Shown in pieces: positions 1 through 13,849 of a stretch of 64,000 bases of DNA (position 1 is the stretch's first letter; every line of letters begins with the position of its first letter). Location: contig NC_073408.1 of NCBI RefSeq assembly GCF_028641065.1, positions 9,362,001 to 9,426,000 of the forward strand, in the 5' to 3' direction. The stretch is from Leucoraja erinacea (taxonomy: Eukaryota). The notes under the pieces were generated by a model. That model did no database searches, had not been told where the DNA came from, and saw nothing but the letters and a program-made list of their open reading frames with translations. Both the position numbers and the translations under genes were made by a program.

Positions 1-2464
1 TTTCTGCTCGACTCGTATCTCACTCCATTTCTATCCAATTTTATCAGCATAAGAAAATAAAGAACACAGAGTTCTGGATTTAACTCAGCGAGTCATGTAA
101 CACATAGAGGACATGGACAAATGACGAAGTATCCCAACCTGAAACATCGGCGTTCCATTTCCATCACAGATGCTGCATGACCCGCTAAGTTAGTCCAGAA
201 CTTTGTGTCTTTTATTGCTAAACCACCATTTGCAGTTCCCCATGTCTCCACTCTATCAGCATAAGCCTCTATTCTATTCTCCACAAATACTTCTCTTTCC
301 TTTCCATGAATATATCTATGTTATTCACTTTAACCACTCGCTGTAATAGAGGATTTTTCATTCGTTGAAGTTGACACTTTGGATAGAGCTTTCTTCTGAA
401 TTCCGAACTGTCTCTTAACCTTGGCCACTGGTAATAGCCCTTTGCTCGAGGAAAAGTTTCCTTATATCCTTTCTGTCGAAACTACATCTTTTAAAGAACC
501 GTACCAGGTTTTTAAAATTTGGTAAACATAGATTGGCAAATTTTCATGACAGCGCCATTGATTCTTGTATTTATGATTTAACAAAGCAATGTTTCACAAC
601 AGCAAACAGTGCACTGCTCTGCCTATACAAATACGCAGTGTCAAAATACTCCTAATAGATCTCACCCAACGTTTGGGATTTCTGTAATTTCACTTTACAG
701 GAAAGTTTCACTTTACCAGGATTGTATCCATTCTATAAAGCAAGCAAAGGCTGTTTCATGTCCCCAACTCAGCTGTATTTTTTCAAGAGACCCATCCATA
801 TCCTAGTCTGCTGCTGTTTAATGGCAAGTTATTATTAGGCAGCCAACCAAATTTGTAGTCCAACAGTAAGAAAGTTCTTGGGGCGATGGAGGTATTGAAT
901 TTTGATTACGAGTGTAAACACAATTAAGAACATCAGAAATTGTACTTGCCAATGCACTGCCAGTTTTATTGCCACCAATTGTAAAACCTAATTTGTGATC
1001 CTGGATTAGATCAACCAATTTAGAAATAGTTGAGCATAAGTTTTCTAAACGGATAATAACATCAGAAATACGTCCATGAATGGTAATAATCTTATTGACG
1101 CTGCTTTGAAGTTGGTGATACTATTGTTGAATTTCTTCAGCAATTCCACTTTAATGCTCAATCTTCATTCCTTTCAAATATGCCCATCACATTCTTGCAT
1201 CATCATTACTTACCAGGCCAAATGGGATAGTAGGAAAAATGTTTTTATATCAAACTACACATTTGTCAAATAGTCAATAATTTATAACGGAGTTAAAATA
1301 ATTATCATATGCAGTAGATTATTCAATGGTTAGGACTGTTTCTCATTCAACTGGAACACTACATGTAAATTTACCAACCATTACTGAAAATGTTCCATAT
1401 CGACCTGCATCCATCACAAGTCTTGGGAGATATGCCAACATGTGCTTGCCTTTAGGAGTTTGAGCTGGAGGTATGGAGTTTCGACGGTTTCTGTTCTCCT
1501 TGTACTTAGTTGGCGTAGAGTTAACGTGTTGATAAGCATGGACGTCATTGTCTCTGTACAGATCCATGCTACAGCTCATCGTGGTCGTTTTCATGGTGGA
1601 TTTTACTGCAATATACAACACATAGTAATGCCTCCCTCACTCGTGATGAATAAAGAGTTCCCCTTGTTAGTTTAGAATCAACCTGATGAAATACTTTGGA
1701 GATGATCTCTCCGTTTTAAATGCGTTAAAGTAACTTTTTTTTTAATGCATGTTTTGTTTTCCTGTATTAAAATGCAAAATAGCGAGGAGAGTGAAAACCT
1801 GAAATAGAGAAGACAGGAAATGGTTGAAATGCGCAGCAGGTCAGGCAGCATCAAAGGAGAGAAAATCAGAGTTAGTGTTTCAGGTTAATGTCAACATAAC
1901 AAATGAAAGGTCATTTGACCTGAAGTGCAATATTTGGTTCTATCATTATAGTAGTTTCAGGAATTCACAAAGTTAGACTAATTCTAGTATCATCGGTAGG
2001 TTTGTTGAATTTTTTGGTAGATACAGTGATTTTATTTCACCACTATAGGATCACCCCTCAGTATCCTGTGCTTCTAAGAACCTAACCTGCCCAACCTTTC
2101 CCCATAATCCAGTTTCACGAGCCAACATTCTTGTAAAGCTTTCCAGCTTAATAGCATCCTTCCGATAGTAGGGTGACCAAAACGGTACACAATACTCCAA
2201 ATGCAGCCTCATAAATATTTTCTACAACTGCAACATAACATTACAAATTCTATACTAATTTCACCCACTACCACACTATACAACCTACCTTCCCCCCTCC
2301 TCACTGTTCCCTTCCATCTATATCCCCCTGTCTGGATTTACATTTTAACCCTCTGCTTTCCTTATCTGACATTCTTTTGTCTCCTTTTCATCACAAGCCT
2401 TTGTTCACTCATCTGCCTAATGAACCCACCCCCCCCCTCCCCTTACCTGCATTTACCTATGTAT

Positions 2465-2755
2465 AGGGGTCACAGTTTAAGGATAAGGGGGAAATCTCTT
2501 AGGCCCGAGATGAGGAAAACATTTTTCACACAGAGAGTGGTGAATCTCTGGAATTCTCTGCCACAGAAGGTAGTTGAGGCCAGTTCATTGGCTATATTTA
2601 AGAGGGAGTTAGATGTGGCCCTTGTGGCTAAAGGGATCAGGGGGTATGGAGAGAAGGCAGGTTGGATGATCAGCCATGATCATATTGAATGGCGGTGCAG
2701 GCTCGAACGGGCCGAATGGCCAACTCCTGCACCTATTTTCTATGTTTCTATGTTT
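2465..2755 (+). mobile_element. Young CR1 LINE 3' fragment
   Basis: RGHSLRI...FFTQRVVNLWNSLPQ and a (TTTCTATG)n tail. Near-identical copies at about 22170-22510, 51993-52675, 58050-58310 and 59560-59800. Confidence 0.9.
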
Positions 2756-3354
2756 CCATGTTTACCTATCACTTGCCAGGCTTTGCCCCACCCCCACCTC
2801 TTTTCCAGCTATGTCCCTCTTTCTACAATTGGCCCAACCCAATACGTCGCCTGTCCATATCCTGAAGAGATGCTGCCTGAGTGGCTGAGTTACTCCAGCA
2901 CTTTATAAACTAGCACATGTAGTTTCTTGTGTCTTCTATCCTCAATGCCCTGATTGGTGAAGGCTGGTGTGCTAACTGCCTTCTTCACCATCTGGAATTT
3001 GAAGTTCACCAGAATATCAATTTGTTTAGAAGGCACTGACAAGGAACCCATATCAGAACCTTCTCCATTAGTGCAATGGTGCTGAGGCAGACTTGGATAC
3101 ATAGTTTGTGGAATGACATCCATCCCTAGAAAGCACTTTTGGACCCCAGTAGGAAGCTGTGTAACAATAGCAGCAGGGTTTAATAATTGCATCTGAGCAG
3201 ACTGCAACCTCCTTGGGTAACAAAATTCAAAGCTGTTCCTTCACCTCACTTAATTTTTTTTCTCTCATCACCGCTCAAGGGACTGGGCCAAGGGGAGAGA
3301 GAAAAGATATGAAGGAGGATGCGATAAACTGGTACAACTGGGCCATAAATCTTG

Positions 3355-3647
3355 GGGAGAACATGGTGGCGCAGCAGTAGAGTTGCTGCCTTACAGCACC
3401 AGAGACCCGGGTTTGATCCTGACTACGGGTGCTGTCTGTATGGAGTTTGTACATTCTCCCCCTGACTGCGTGGGTTTCCTCTGGATGCTCTGGTTTCCTC
3501 TCACACTCCAAACGTACAGGTTTGCAAGATAATTAGCTTTGGTAAAGATTGTAAATTGTCCCTCGTGTGTAGAATAGTGCTAGTGAACGGGGATCGGTGG
3601 GCTGAAAGCCCTGTTTCCGCATTGTATCTCTAAACTAAACCAAACCA
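3355..3647 (+). mobile_element. tRNA-derived SINE (HE1/V-SINE-like)
   Basis: A box ggtggcgcagcagtag, B box ggtttgatcc, core ggagtttgtacattctcccc, CR1-type tail with (CTAAA)n. Confidence 0.85.
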
Positions 3648-6600
3648 AAATAAATTGCTAACCTGAATAAGTTCCACTACCTGAAGAAGGGTCTCGTCCC
3701 GAAACGTCACCTATTTCCTTTGCTCCATTGATGCTGCCTCACCCGCTGAGTTTCTCCAGCATTTTTATCTACCTTCGATTTTTTCCAGCATCTGCAGTTC
3801 CTTCTTAAACACAAGGTCCACTATCCTATTCTGTGACCATAACACCAGACTCTATCCTGCAAAACCACATAATAATTATTTTCACATCAGTGGAATCTTG
3901 TGTCGTTCTTCTAAATGCAAGAGTGCAGAAGCTCTAAATCTCTCCGCATGTCACAGACGCGCCATCAATGAAGTTAATTAGGTGAATCTCCTCTCCCTTC
4001 CCCCCGTCATAATTATGTCCCCTTTTGGGAGGATGACCAGAACTGTACGTCATATTCCAATTACGGCATCACCAGGGCTCTCCATCTATTCTTGACCTCA
4101 AATCCGCTTGCAGGAGAGCTTGTCAATGACGGAGAGGACAATGGCACAAGGTAAGAGGGAGAGATAATAGGCCAATGAAAGAAAGATGTGTTGAGAGGAT
4201 ATAAAAATGAGAACAGCTGTAATGTCATATTCATGTCCGATTAATTACACCTGCTGTATTTTGCTTTTGAATTTTATGTTGATGAACAATATTTAATGAA
4301 AATAATAACAATATTTAATGAAACTATCCATAGAATAGTACTGCCCAGGAACAATGTTTGTGCCAAGCATGATGCCTAGCTGAACTAATCACACATGCAT
4401 GCAAGTGATCTATATCCGCCCCCCCCCCCCCCATTCCTTGCAAATCCATTTGCCAATCTTAAAAACACTTAAACAAAGTAAATGTTGCAATTCTGTTCAA
4501 CAGAAAATAGTTGCAGGAGGAGGCCATTCGGCCCTTCGAGCCAGTGCCGAACAAAATCCATTTTCATACCTAAATCAGCTTCTGCACTGCAAGAAGAATG
4601 GCACTATCATATCTGCCTCCACAACCACCCATTAGGAGTCAAGGAAAGAGCGTTCACGGCACGGCCTTGTTTCCACTAATCTTTCCACCACCACGGACAA
4701 GAAGCACAAGAATGCAAGAAGCAATTGCATGCAGATGCCGAGAAGTGTGTTCAGCTCTGGCTGAACAATTTCTAATCTTGTGATGTGGACTCTATAAGAA
4801 GACCACCCATTATATTTTTCCCCTCACACTCATTACGACTCTGCCATGATTTCGATTTTTCCAGCATCTGCAGTTCCTTCTTAAACATGCCACGATATTC
4901 AATCAACATTAACTATTAATTAATTTATTCTCATTGGTGTGTAAAAATATATGCATTACCTTTAAAGTCAATAACGTTAATAGAGCACATTATCTTTTAG
5001 ACCAATGCAGGACTAGATGGTGTTTCCTTTTCTTTCATTTTAAGCTGTGGATCTTTATATCCGATGAACAGAGAGCTTCTTATTTCAGGCCCTCAATGTC
5101 AGCACAAAATATTTACTGGCCAAGGAGAAAACTGCCCAAATGAAGCTTCCTTTGTTCCACAACAATGCTCCTTGTTCCAAACCTGAGAAGAACCTAACCT
5201 TGCATCTTTTTAAACAAAGTAAATGTTGCAATTCTGTTCAACAAAATCCATTTTATACCTCAATCAGCCTCTGCACCGCAAAAAGAATCCAGACGTACAA
5301 TTGGAATTCTTGGAGCCTCCCTCTGGACTATTTCAGGAAAGAATCGATAAAGTTCCAGACCGTAAGTATTCTTGAGCCCAGTGAGTAGCCTCATACACCG
5401 CTCATTGTCTTCCGATGCTTATTCTTCATGCTTATATTGTAGTTTTTCCAATTGGAGGTACTGAGATCGAAACCAGTATAGTCGCTTCCAGTCTTTCACA
5501 GACAAGGCTGTTTGTTAATCTGTCTTAATGTCACACTGCATTACCTCAGGATAAATTAATCAGGAAGGTTGGGCCCATGCAAAGACGACACAGAATTCCC
5601 TGCTTGTGACTGACAGAGCTTGAAAACAATGACTGCATCTTATGTTGATATACTGCCTGTACCATGAATATGACACAAACCACTTTACAGCAATGATATC
5701 AAAATCTGACACTCAGACGCAGGATGAGATATCAGGATAGATGAACAACATTTTGGCCACTTATTTAAGTTTTAACCAGAGTCTGAAAGGAGGCAGAGAG
5801 ACCTGAGCAGTTTAGGAAGGGAATGCCAATGTTTAGGCTCCAGGCAGTGAAGGACACAATCACTAATGAATATACTGATTCATAATAGCCAAGAAGCCTG
5901 AGGTGGACTAGCACAGATGGAAGTCAATCTATTCTAGGACCCGAGATTACAAAAGCTGAATAGGGTGACATTGGAGGCTCTGAGCAAGATAGGGATTGTA
6001 AAATGAGACATTGCTTAAATGGGATCAACTGTGAGTTGGCAAGTAAAATGGTGATCATAGGTCACAAGCTGATGTGAATTTAAGAGACGGGTAGCCAAGA
6101 TTTGAATGGCAAGTTTACAGAGGGTAGAAAAATATTTGATGGTCAGGAATGCATTGGGATAGTCAAAGCCAGAAATAACAAGACATTTCTGACTGTCTCA
6201 GTGTCTGGTGAGCTGAGGTAGAGGGAGAGAGATTCATCCGTTCAACATTAAGCAGTTGTTTAATTGGACAGGCTCTTACCTCTTGAGTCATAAGGCTACA
6301 GTTCAAGCCCCATTCTAAAAGTTAAAACACACACATCCAAGCTGATGCTGCTAAGTAGTGCAATAATCGTTGTATGAATTTTTGCCAAAATGCCTTTGGC
6401 TCTGCGCTGCTTGTCTTTGACTTAAAAAAAGTTGTAGTAGAGTTATGCACCATAGAGTTTTGACACCATGCTGTCCAGCATGCTTAACCATACTATACCA
6501 CCAACCTGCAAAAAACATCTTTTCTGCTTGCTCATGGACCAGGTGCCTCTCAAGATTGCGAAGATTCCTGCCTTAATTGTCATTTGGAGCCCTAATTTAG

Positions 6601-7304
6601 GTGAAAAACAAGATTCCCATGAAACCATTTCTGCAGCCTAAACATTACAAACAAATTCACCCTATATTAGGGGAGTTGACACAACATAATTTACATAGTA
6701 ACAGTTATATACTATATCATATTGGGGGTTCAGTATTCGCTGTGATGGCTGGAAACAGCCAAAGAAAGGAAAACTTATCTCTCCACTGCACTCAGTCTAC
6801 CCCCCCCCCCCCCGATATCAGAGTCAAAGTCAAAGCCCCCGGCTGGCATTGGCGATTGTCCCGCAGCCATTAAAGCCACGCCGGGTGGTGCGAAGTCGCA
6901 CACCGGGTCTTGGTGTTAGAGCAGCATGCTTATCCATACTAATACCCCCAACCTGTAAAAAATCCATATCCTTTTATGCTTGCTCATGGAATACCAGGTG
7001 CCTCTCAACTGTTGCGAAGACTGGATAGACTTGGTTTATACCTCTAGAATTGCCACTGGAAGCTTATCATTCCAGATAGCTAGAGCTGAGATTTTGTTTG
7101 AAGTCCAAAAGTCTCCCCTAAGGATAAGGGGGAAATCCCCGAGATGAAACAGAGAGTGGTGAATCTCTCCCTCTCACAAACCTGGCTAAAGGGAGTTAAA
7201 CCAACTAGTTCGGGAAACGAGTTAGTTCTATATGGCGGTAGGCTCGAAGGGCCGAATGACCTACTCCTGCACCTAATTTCTATGTTTCTATGTTTCTATT
7301 ATCC

Positions 7305-7530
7305 CACGCCCATCCACTCCCTACCCATTTGGGGCAATTTTACAGTCGGCAATTAACCTACACCCTTTTCTTTTGGGCTGTGGGAGGAAAATGAAGCCAC
7401 TGGAGGAAACCCATGCACTCACATAAAAATCTTTCAAACTCCACACCGACAGCACCTGAGGTCAGGATCGAACTCAGGTCTCTGATGCCATGAGGCAGCA
7501 GGACTACCACCTATGCCACTGGGCTGCCCT
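7305..7530 (-). mobile_element. HE1/V-SINE-like SINE, diverged
   Basis: Reverse-complement similarity to 3355-3647. Confidence 0.7.
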
Positions 7531-8237
7531 ATATTGCTAACTGTGAACAAATCCTGCAGTGAACCACTTTATTGGCTGAAAAGTCCGATGGGTAAACTTA
7601 AGCTGTGAAATCCGCTATATAAATTCAACCATCATTTCTAAAATTCCTCTCTAAATCTTCTGACAGATTTCTGCAGCACTCTCAATCTGTAATCTTCAAT
7701 ATACTCAGTGGTCACACTTTGTTTCAGCTGCATACGACACCAGGCATATTAATCTTTGTAAATCAAATTGTTGGGATCAGTCCCATGGTACTATGATTGT
7801 CCACCTTGCTAAGCAGACAGATATTGGACTGAGTCATGTGTAGGAAGGAACTCTGAAGAAGGGTCTCGATCCAAATCATCACCAATTCCTTCTCTCCATA
7901 GATGCTGCCTGTCCCGCTGAGATACTCCAGCATCTTGTGTCTACTGTAGGAAGGAACTGTTGGTTTAAACCGTAAATAGACCAAAAATGCTGGAGTAACT
8001 CAGCAGGTCAGACAGCATCTCTGGCGAAAAGGAATAGGTGACGTTTCGGGTCAGAGCCCTTCTTCAGACTGTAAGATACAGGTGGAGAGTGGAGGGAGGG
8101 GGGAAGTGGAGGAGAGAAAAGGCCAGAACCAAAACGGGACCAGCAACAGATGACCTCAGGAAGGGTGGAATCCGTAATAGCCCAGATGTGCTAACGACAG
8201 GGGTATAATGATGTGAACAGTGGAACTAGTACGACTA

Positions 8238-8959
8238 GTGATATTTGACTCGGCACTGAAATTTGACAAACACGTCAATGCCGTGGTAAAAGCTAGCTTG
8301 TTTCAGCTTCAGACGATAGCTAAAATAAAACAATTCCTCCACTTTGATGACCTCGAAAAGATCATCCACACATTCATCTCCTCCCGCCTAGATTACTGCA
8401 ACTCTCTTTACACTGACATCAGCCAATCTTCCCTGTCCCACCTGCAACTGGTCCAAAACGCCGCAGCGAGACTCCTGACGGGCACACGAAAAAGGGACCA
8501 CTTCACTCCGATTCTGGCCTCTCTCCACTGGCTCCCTGTGCGGTTCCATATACATTTCAAGGCCCTCCTCCATGTCTACAAAGCCCTCAATGGGCTTTCC
8601 CCCTCCTACATTAAAAGTCTTCTCACCCACCACTCCACCACCAGGTCCCTCAGATCGGCCAACTTGGGGTTGCTGAATATCCCGCGGTCTAGGCATAAGC
8701 TTAGGGGCGACCGTGCCTTTGCGGTTGCAGCTACTAGACTGTGGAACAGCATCCCCCTTCCATCGACTCTAAGTCAAGACTAAAATCTTATCTATACTCC
8801 CAAGCCTTTCCTGACGTCCACTGAGCGAAGGCTATATGTATATATGTATGTAGTTTGTTTGTTTATACTATTCTTATAACAAATGTAAAGCACTTTGACC
8901 AACGAGAGTTGTTTTTTTAAATGTGCTATATAAATAAATGTGACTTGACTTGACTTGAC
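8238..8959 (+). mobile_element. L2-clade LINE 3' fragment, inserted in a Penelope-like repeat
   Basis: ORF2 C-terminus SRLDYCNSL...LQLVQNAAARLLTG...LHWLPV...RAFAVAATRLWNSIP. 3' end gtaaagcacttt...aaatgtgctatataaataaa followed by a (GACTT)n tail. Confidence 0.9.
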
Positions 8960-9574
8960 GATGTCTAGGGTGGAAGGAAGGCAGATATTCAGGATCTCAC
9001 CTTATTTGCTAATGGTAACGCCTTGTTTAATCACAACCTCTGCTGATATGAATTAAAGCAATCTTCAGTTGTTTCTGATTGGAGAGACAACCTAATAGAC
9101 AACTGGCAATAGACCATTTATCATATTGTTACATTTTCAATATTTAATTGCATGTGAAAGATTTTTAAGATATCTAACAACAAATTGCTTAACTTATTTA
9201 TTTTAAATGATTAATCTCAGCAAGTAGCCTGGAAAGGGTTGTATTTTATTGTGTCATTAATTTTATTTAGTACAATGTTGAGTAGATATTTGTGTTTCCC
9301 AAGCGTAAAGTCATCTTAGAGTTTGCATGGGATAAGATTCAATCAGAGGTTGGTCCATAAATAGAATGAGCCCATAGACTGAGCCGGAAGAGCACTGGGC
9401 CAACTAAATTCATGATGTCAGTAAAGTTTAATCTCCGTTATTGAGTTAATTGGATCACATTAGGCAAGTTGCAAGCGATAGTATAAAGATCTTTGTCAGT
9501 ATTTGGTATGGATCTACCATCTGTGATAAATTGGATGTGATTGGAAATACTGGCATTTCCTCTGGAGCATCACT

Positions 9575-9876
9575 TTACTTTAGACTTTAGAGACACAGCG
9601 CGGAAACAGGCCCTTCGGCCCACTGAGTCAGCGCTGACCAGCGGACACCTCATACACTAACACTATCCGACATGTTCGGGAGAATTTACAATATTACCAA
9701 AGCCAATCAACCTAAAAACATATTGTGTCTTTGGAGTGTGAGAGGAAACCAGAGCACCTGGAGAAAACCCACACAGTCACAGGGAGAATGTACAAACTCA
9801 GCACAGTCAGCACCCGTAGTCAGGATCGAACTCGGGTCTCTGACACTATAAGGCAGCACGTCCGCTGAGCCACTGT
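9575..9876 (-). mobile_element. HE1/V-SINE-like SINE
   Basis: Full-length reverse-complement similarity to 3355-3647. Confidence 0.85.
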
Positions 9877-12799
9877 GAGCCCTCAAACTCAGGAATTCTC
9901 TTCATCACAATGTACTCATCTGCAGGCAAAGCAGTTCACAGCACATGTTGTTCTCTGTAGCTTTGGTTCATACAGGCTTACATCTCTTACCTTCAGAGAA
10001 CATTTACACTCCCCTCACCGCTCACGTTTTACACAAACTTTCTATTCACTATCACCAGCTTACACTTCTCGGTCTACACTCACGTATCTCTCATAATACA
10101 CAATACACACTCCTTTCACCACACAGTTCACACGTGCAGTTCCTCGCTGCCCTGCTTTCACAATAACCTCAGTTCCCATTGGCACTCTGATCACCACATT
10201 CAAGTCACACTGGCCTAATTTTGCTCCTATGACTTATCAACATCATTATCAAATTTTACGAAGAAAGCCCTGGTTAAATTGTGAATTACATTTTGTGTGT
10301 GTTTGCATGTGTGTGTGTGTCAGTGTGTGTGTCCGCGTATAAGTATGAGAGTGAGTGTATATGCCTGTGCAAGTGTGTAATATGCACTCTGGAGTCCCAG
10401 CAGCAATTAATAAATACACTGCACGCTATCAAAGTCATTAAAAAAAACAGAATAACAAATAAACCTGGATTTTTTTCTTCCAAATTGAAACAGCTTTATA
10501 CATTATTGTAGTTGCTGAGGTATTTAGCCCCAGCAGAACTCCAACTGATGGGATACCACTTTTTCCTTTTTGTAGACTTCAACAACCTGAGCATTCTCCA
10601 TTCTAGCCACAGATCCATTGCTCTTAGCAAATATTTATATTGTTATATTGATCACTGTTCCAGAGCAATTATTACATCTATCACCCAAATCTTAAAGCAG
10701 TCAAACTATTTCTCTCTATGCAAAGAGTTATTTTTTTTCATTCCAAACTAGGAATCCATGGTTTAGGATGTTGATTTCAGTTGTTGTCATGGGCATATTT
10801 TTTCCTATCTACTTTCTTTCCATCTCATCTTCCAGAATTTAGATTACTTTCTCACAACTGGGTACCTGCAGACTGACTAGGGGGGGCTGAAATTCCATTG
10901 CCTAAATAGTACGAAGCATGAAATTAGCAGGAGGGAAAATAAACTAGAATGAATCACAATGGAAGTTGAAGGGCTCTTGCAGTAATAGGATTATGAAGAG
11001 CTAATATAGCTTAAAGAAGGGGAAATCATATTGCACATATGTCAGACTTCTTTAAAGTGGTAACTTTACAGGTAGGACCAATGGATGTGGTGCGAATATC
11101 AAAAGGCCTACGATAAGATCCACACGAGAGAATATTAAACAAAAATAGAGTTGTGAATAATACACTGTCATGGATTGAAGTTTGGTTAATATATAGAAAG
11201 ACAAAAGTAGATGTAGAGTTGCTACCTTACCACACTAGTGACCCATACATAATCCTGACATCTGCTGCTGTTTGTGCAGAATGTGCATCTCATTTTGACT
11301 GTGTAAGTTCTTCAGTTTTCTCCCATATAGCAAATGTGCAGGTTGGTAGACTTGTTTAAATCGACCCTAATATGTAAAAGAGTGATAGTGAGGGGAGAGG
11401 TGATGGAAATATGGGAAGAATAAAATTAGGTTTGTGTAGAATTAGTACACAACAGGTACTTGTTGGATGGTGAATTATCTGTGCGCCAAAGAGGCTTTTT
11501 CTAAGCTATATGATTCTGTGAATCTATGAATAATCTAGTAATGCTCATGTTGGAAAACTGGCTACAATGGAAGACATTGGGATAGATGTGAACCGCAGCG
11601 AAACTATAGTTTCTGTTTAGTCTTTGTTTTAAAGATGCAGAATGGAAACTGGCCATTTGACCCACCAAGTCCATGCCCACCATTGATCAGCCATTCACAC
11701 TAGTTTTATGTTGGCCAATATTCACAGCCACTCCCTACATACAATGTCATTTACAGTGGCCAATTAACATACAAAGTTGGCGATCCAGTCAGTATTAATA
11801 ACACAAAGTGCTTAGAGGGAGATTATGTTAATGAAACAGTTAAGACAACAGGATAACTGACCAAATGTACATAACATGTGGTTAAAGAACTGGTTTAGTA
11901 GAATTACCAAAGCCTTCAAATATATTTAAGCAAAGAGTTTTGCAGGGGAGTAGACTGAATGACTAAGTGAATTTATAAATGGTCAAAGTTATAATTGTAT
12001 ACTTTATATATCTGTCAATGACTTGCCATTTGTATATGCTCATGTTAATGGGTTATTTTTTAAATAATCTTTATGGGAAGCAGATAAGTGTACAGAGGGG
12101 GTGGAAGATTGCAACCTTCACTTGGTCCGGCCTGTTTTGATGAATGCAATCAACCTGGCGTGCACAATCAAATAAGATCAAATAGAACAAGTTGTCCTAC
12201 AACTTTAGGCTGTGCACGCCATACGCAAGAAGAAGGATAAATGTACAGATGTTTCTGTGTATCTTTGAGCAGTGAAATCTACTGTGCAGTATGATCATCA
12301 TACATTGGTGTACTGGGTGCTGCTGTTTCATTTGGGAACAGCTGCCTTCAGTAAAGGATTTTCTGTTATAATTTCAGAGCGCAGCAACGACAGATGGAAA
12401 CCCAGAGATACTACTGGCAATTTCATGATTTAATGACAAAAAGCCTTCTCAAGGACCTGTTTCCATGTTATATCTCTAAACCAAACTAAACTAAAGGAAT
12501 TTCAGTGGAAACAGCAGCGTGCCTTCGTCAGCAAGCAAATTTTCTCAATTGCCATTTGTGGATGATCTAAACGAATCCTCTTATGTGAAATGTTTTTGTT
12601 TCAAACCTACTTTTTTTTCCATTGTTTGCTACAAACTTATCACATTCAGGGCCATGAAGTAATGAACGATACTAGCTATGTGAGTTATAACCACAGTCCT
12701 GTGAATTAATTGTTAAAATGTACTATTGCTCCCTGGTGTTTGATGTCCACACGTAGAATTTGCCCTCTCTGATACTAAAGGCGTCCAGTGAACGTTCAT

Positions 12800-12963
12800 G
12801 AAGAAAGACTCATTATTCTTCGTTCGTGTCCATCTTCCGTGTTTCAAATGTTGACATCGCTGTCATCATCCGTCCTGAAGAGGACGCAAGCTTCAGGCGA
12901 CAATCAGTGGGAGCCATCACTTGTTGCAATAGATGATGGTGGTAGCAGAATTAGCTCGGGATA
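12800..12963 (-). mobile_element. Short LINE 3'-end insertion; a second copy lies in opposite orientation at about 29700-29988
   Basis: Absent at the paralogous site (about 28855) and reverse-complement similar to 29840-29985. Confidence 0.6.
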
Positions 12964-13849
12964 CCACTCACACATGTATATCACCTTGTAATAAAAGGAT
13001 AATAAGCACCAGTAGGGTAATCAGCAATGCAGGGCCCTGTCAACAACAACGCCCTGTCCTCAATCTATGAATGCAAATCTCAGTTGTAATTGCAAGCAAG
13101 AAGCCTGATTTTAATTTTTGCCTTTTATTTTCAGAATAGAGATGCTATATGCATCAGTCATATTAGCCAGCCCATCTGCAGTCAGGAGCTAAACCTGATC
13201 ATTCCTGGCTAGATCATTCTCTGTATTATTACAGGAGAGGACATTTGCCAATAAACTATGCAGCACTCAAAATCAACGGCAAAAAATGGGTCGTATACAA
13301 AGGATATAAAGTATAGTTGGTGCAGTTAATCAGGGACAGAATCATCAGGAAGTGGCAATTATTTGTGGCAAACCTATTTGAAACGACAAAAAAAATTCTA
13401 ATAGATTCAAAATACAAAATAACCGCAAATTCATCAACTTGATCGTAAAACCGATTGTGTCACTGGGTTAAAAAACACAATGCAAAAATGAACCCTTTTA
13501 TGGAGTTAGAGGGAGCCTATGTTGTACACACAGTGTGTACTAAATTTTCAGTTACTATAAAAAGATAAGAAGATAGGAAATGAGAGCAGTAATAAACCAT
13601 ATGCCTTTCTTGAGCCTGCACAGTCATTCAACAACAGCCCAGTTGATCTCATCCAGACCCTCACCTTAAACCTACGTAGTCTGGTTCTCGATTTCCATAC
13701 TCTGGATAATAGACTCTGCACCTACCCTACCTATATCCTTAATGATGTTATACACCTCTATATAGAACTCATTGCCATAGACATTGAGTATTTTTAAGAT
13801 GGAGATTGGCAGATTCTTGTTTAGTAATGGTGTCAAGGGTCATGGGATG

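Noticed and set aside
2201-2908. 235-aa ORF
   Set aside because: Chimeric read-through of Penelope-like and CR1 fragments.
3355-3430. tRNA-like A/B boxes
   Set aside because: SINE heads with SINE body and tail, not tRNA genes.
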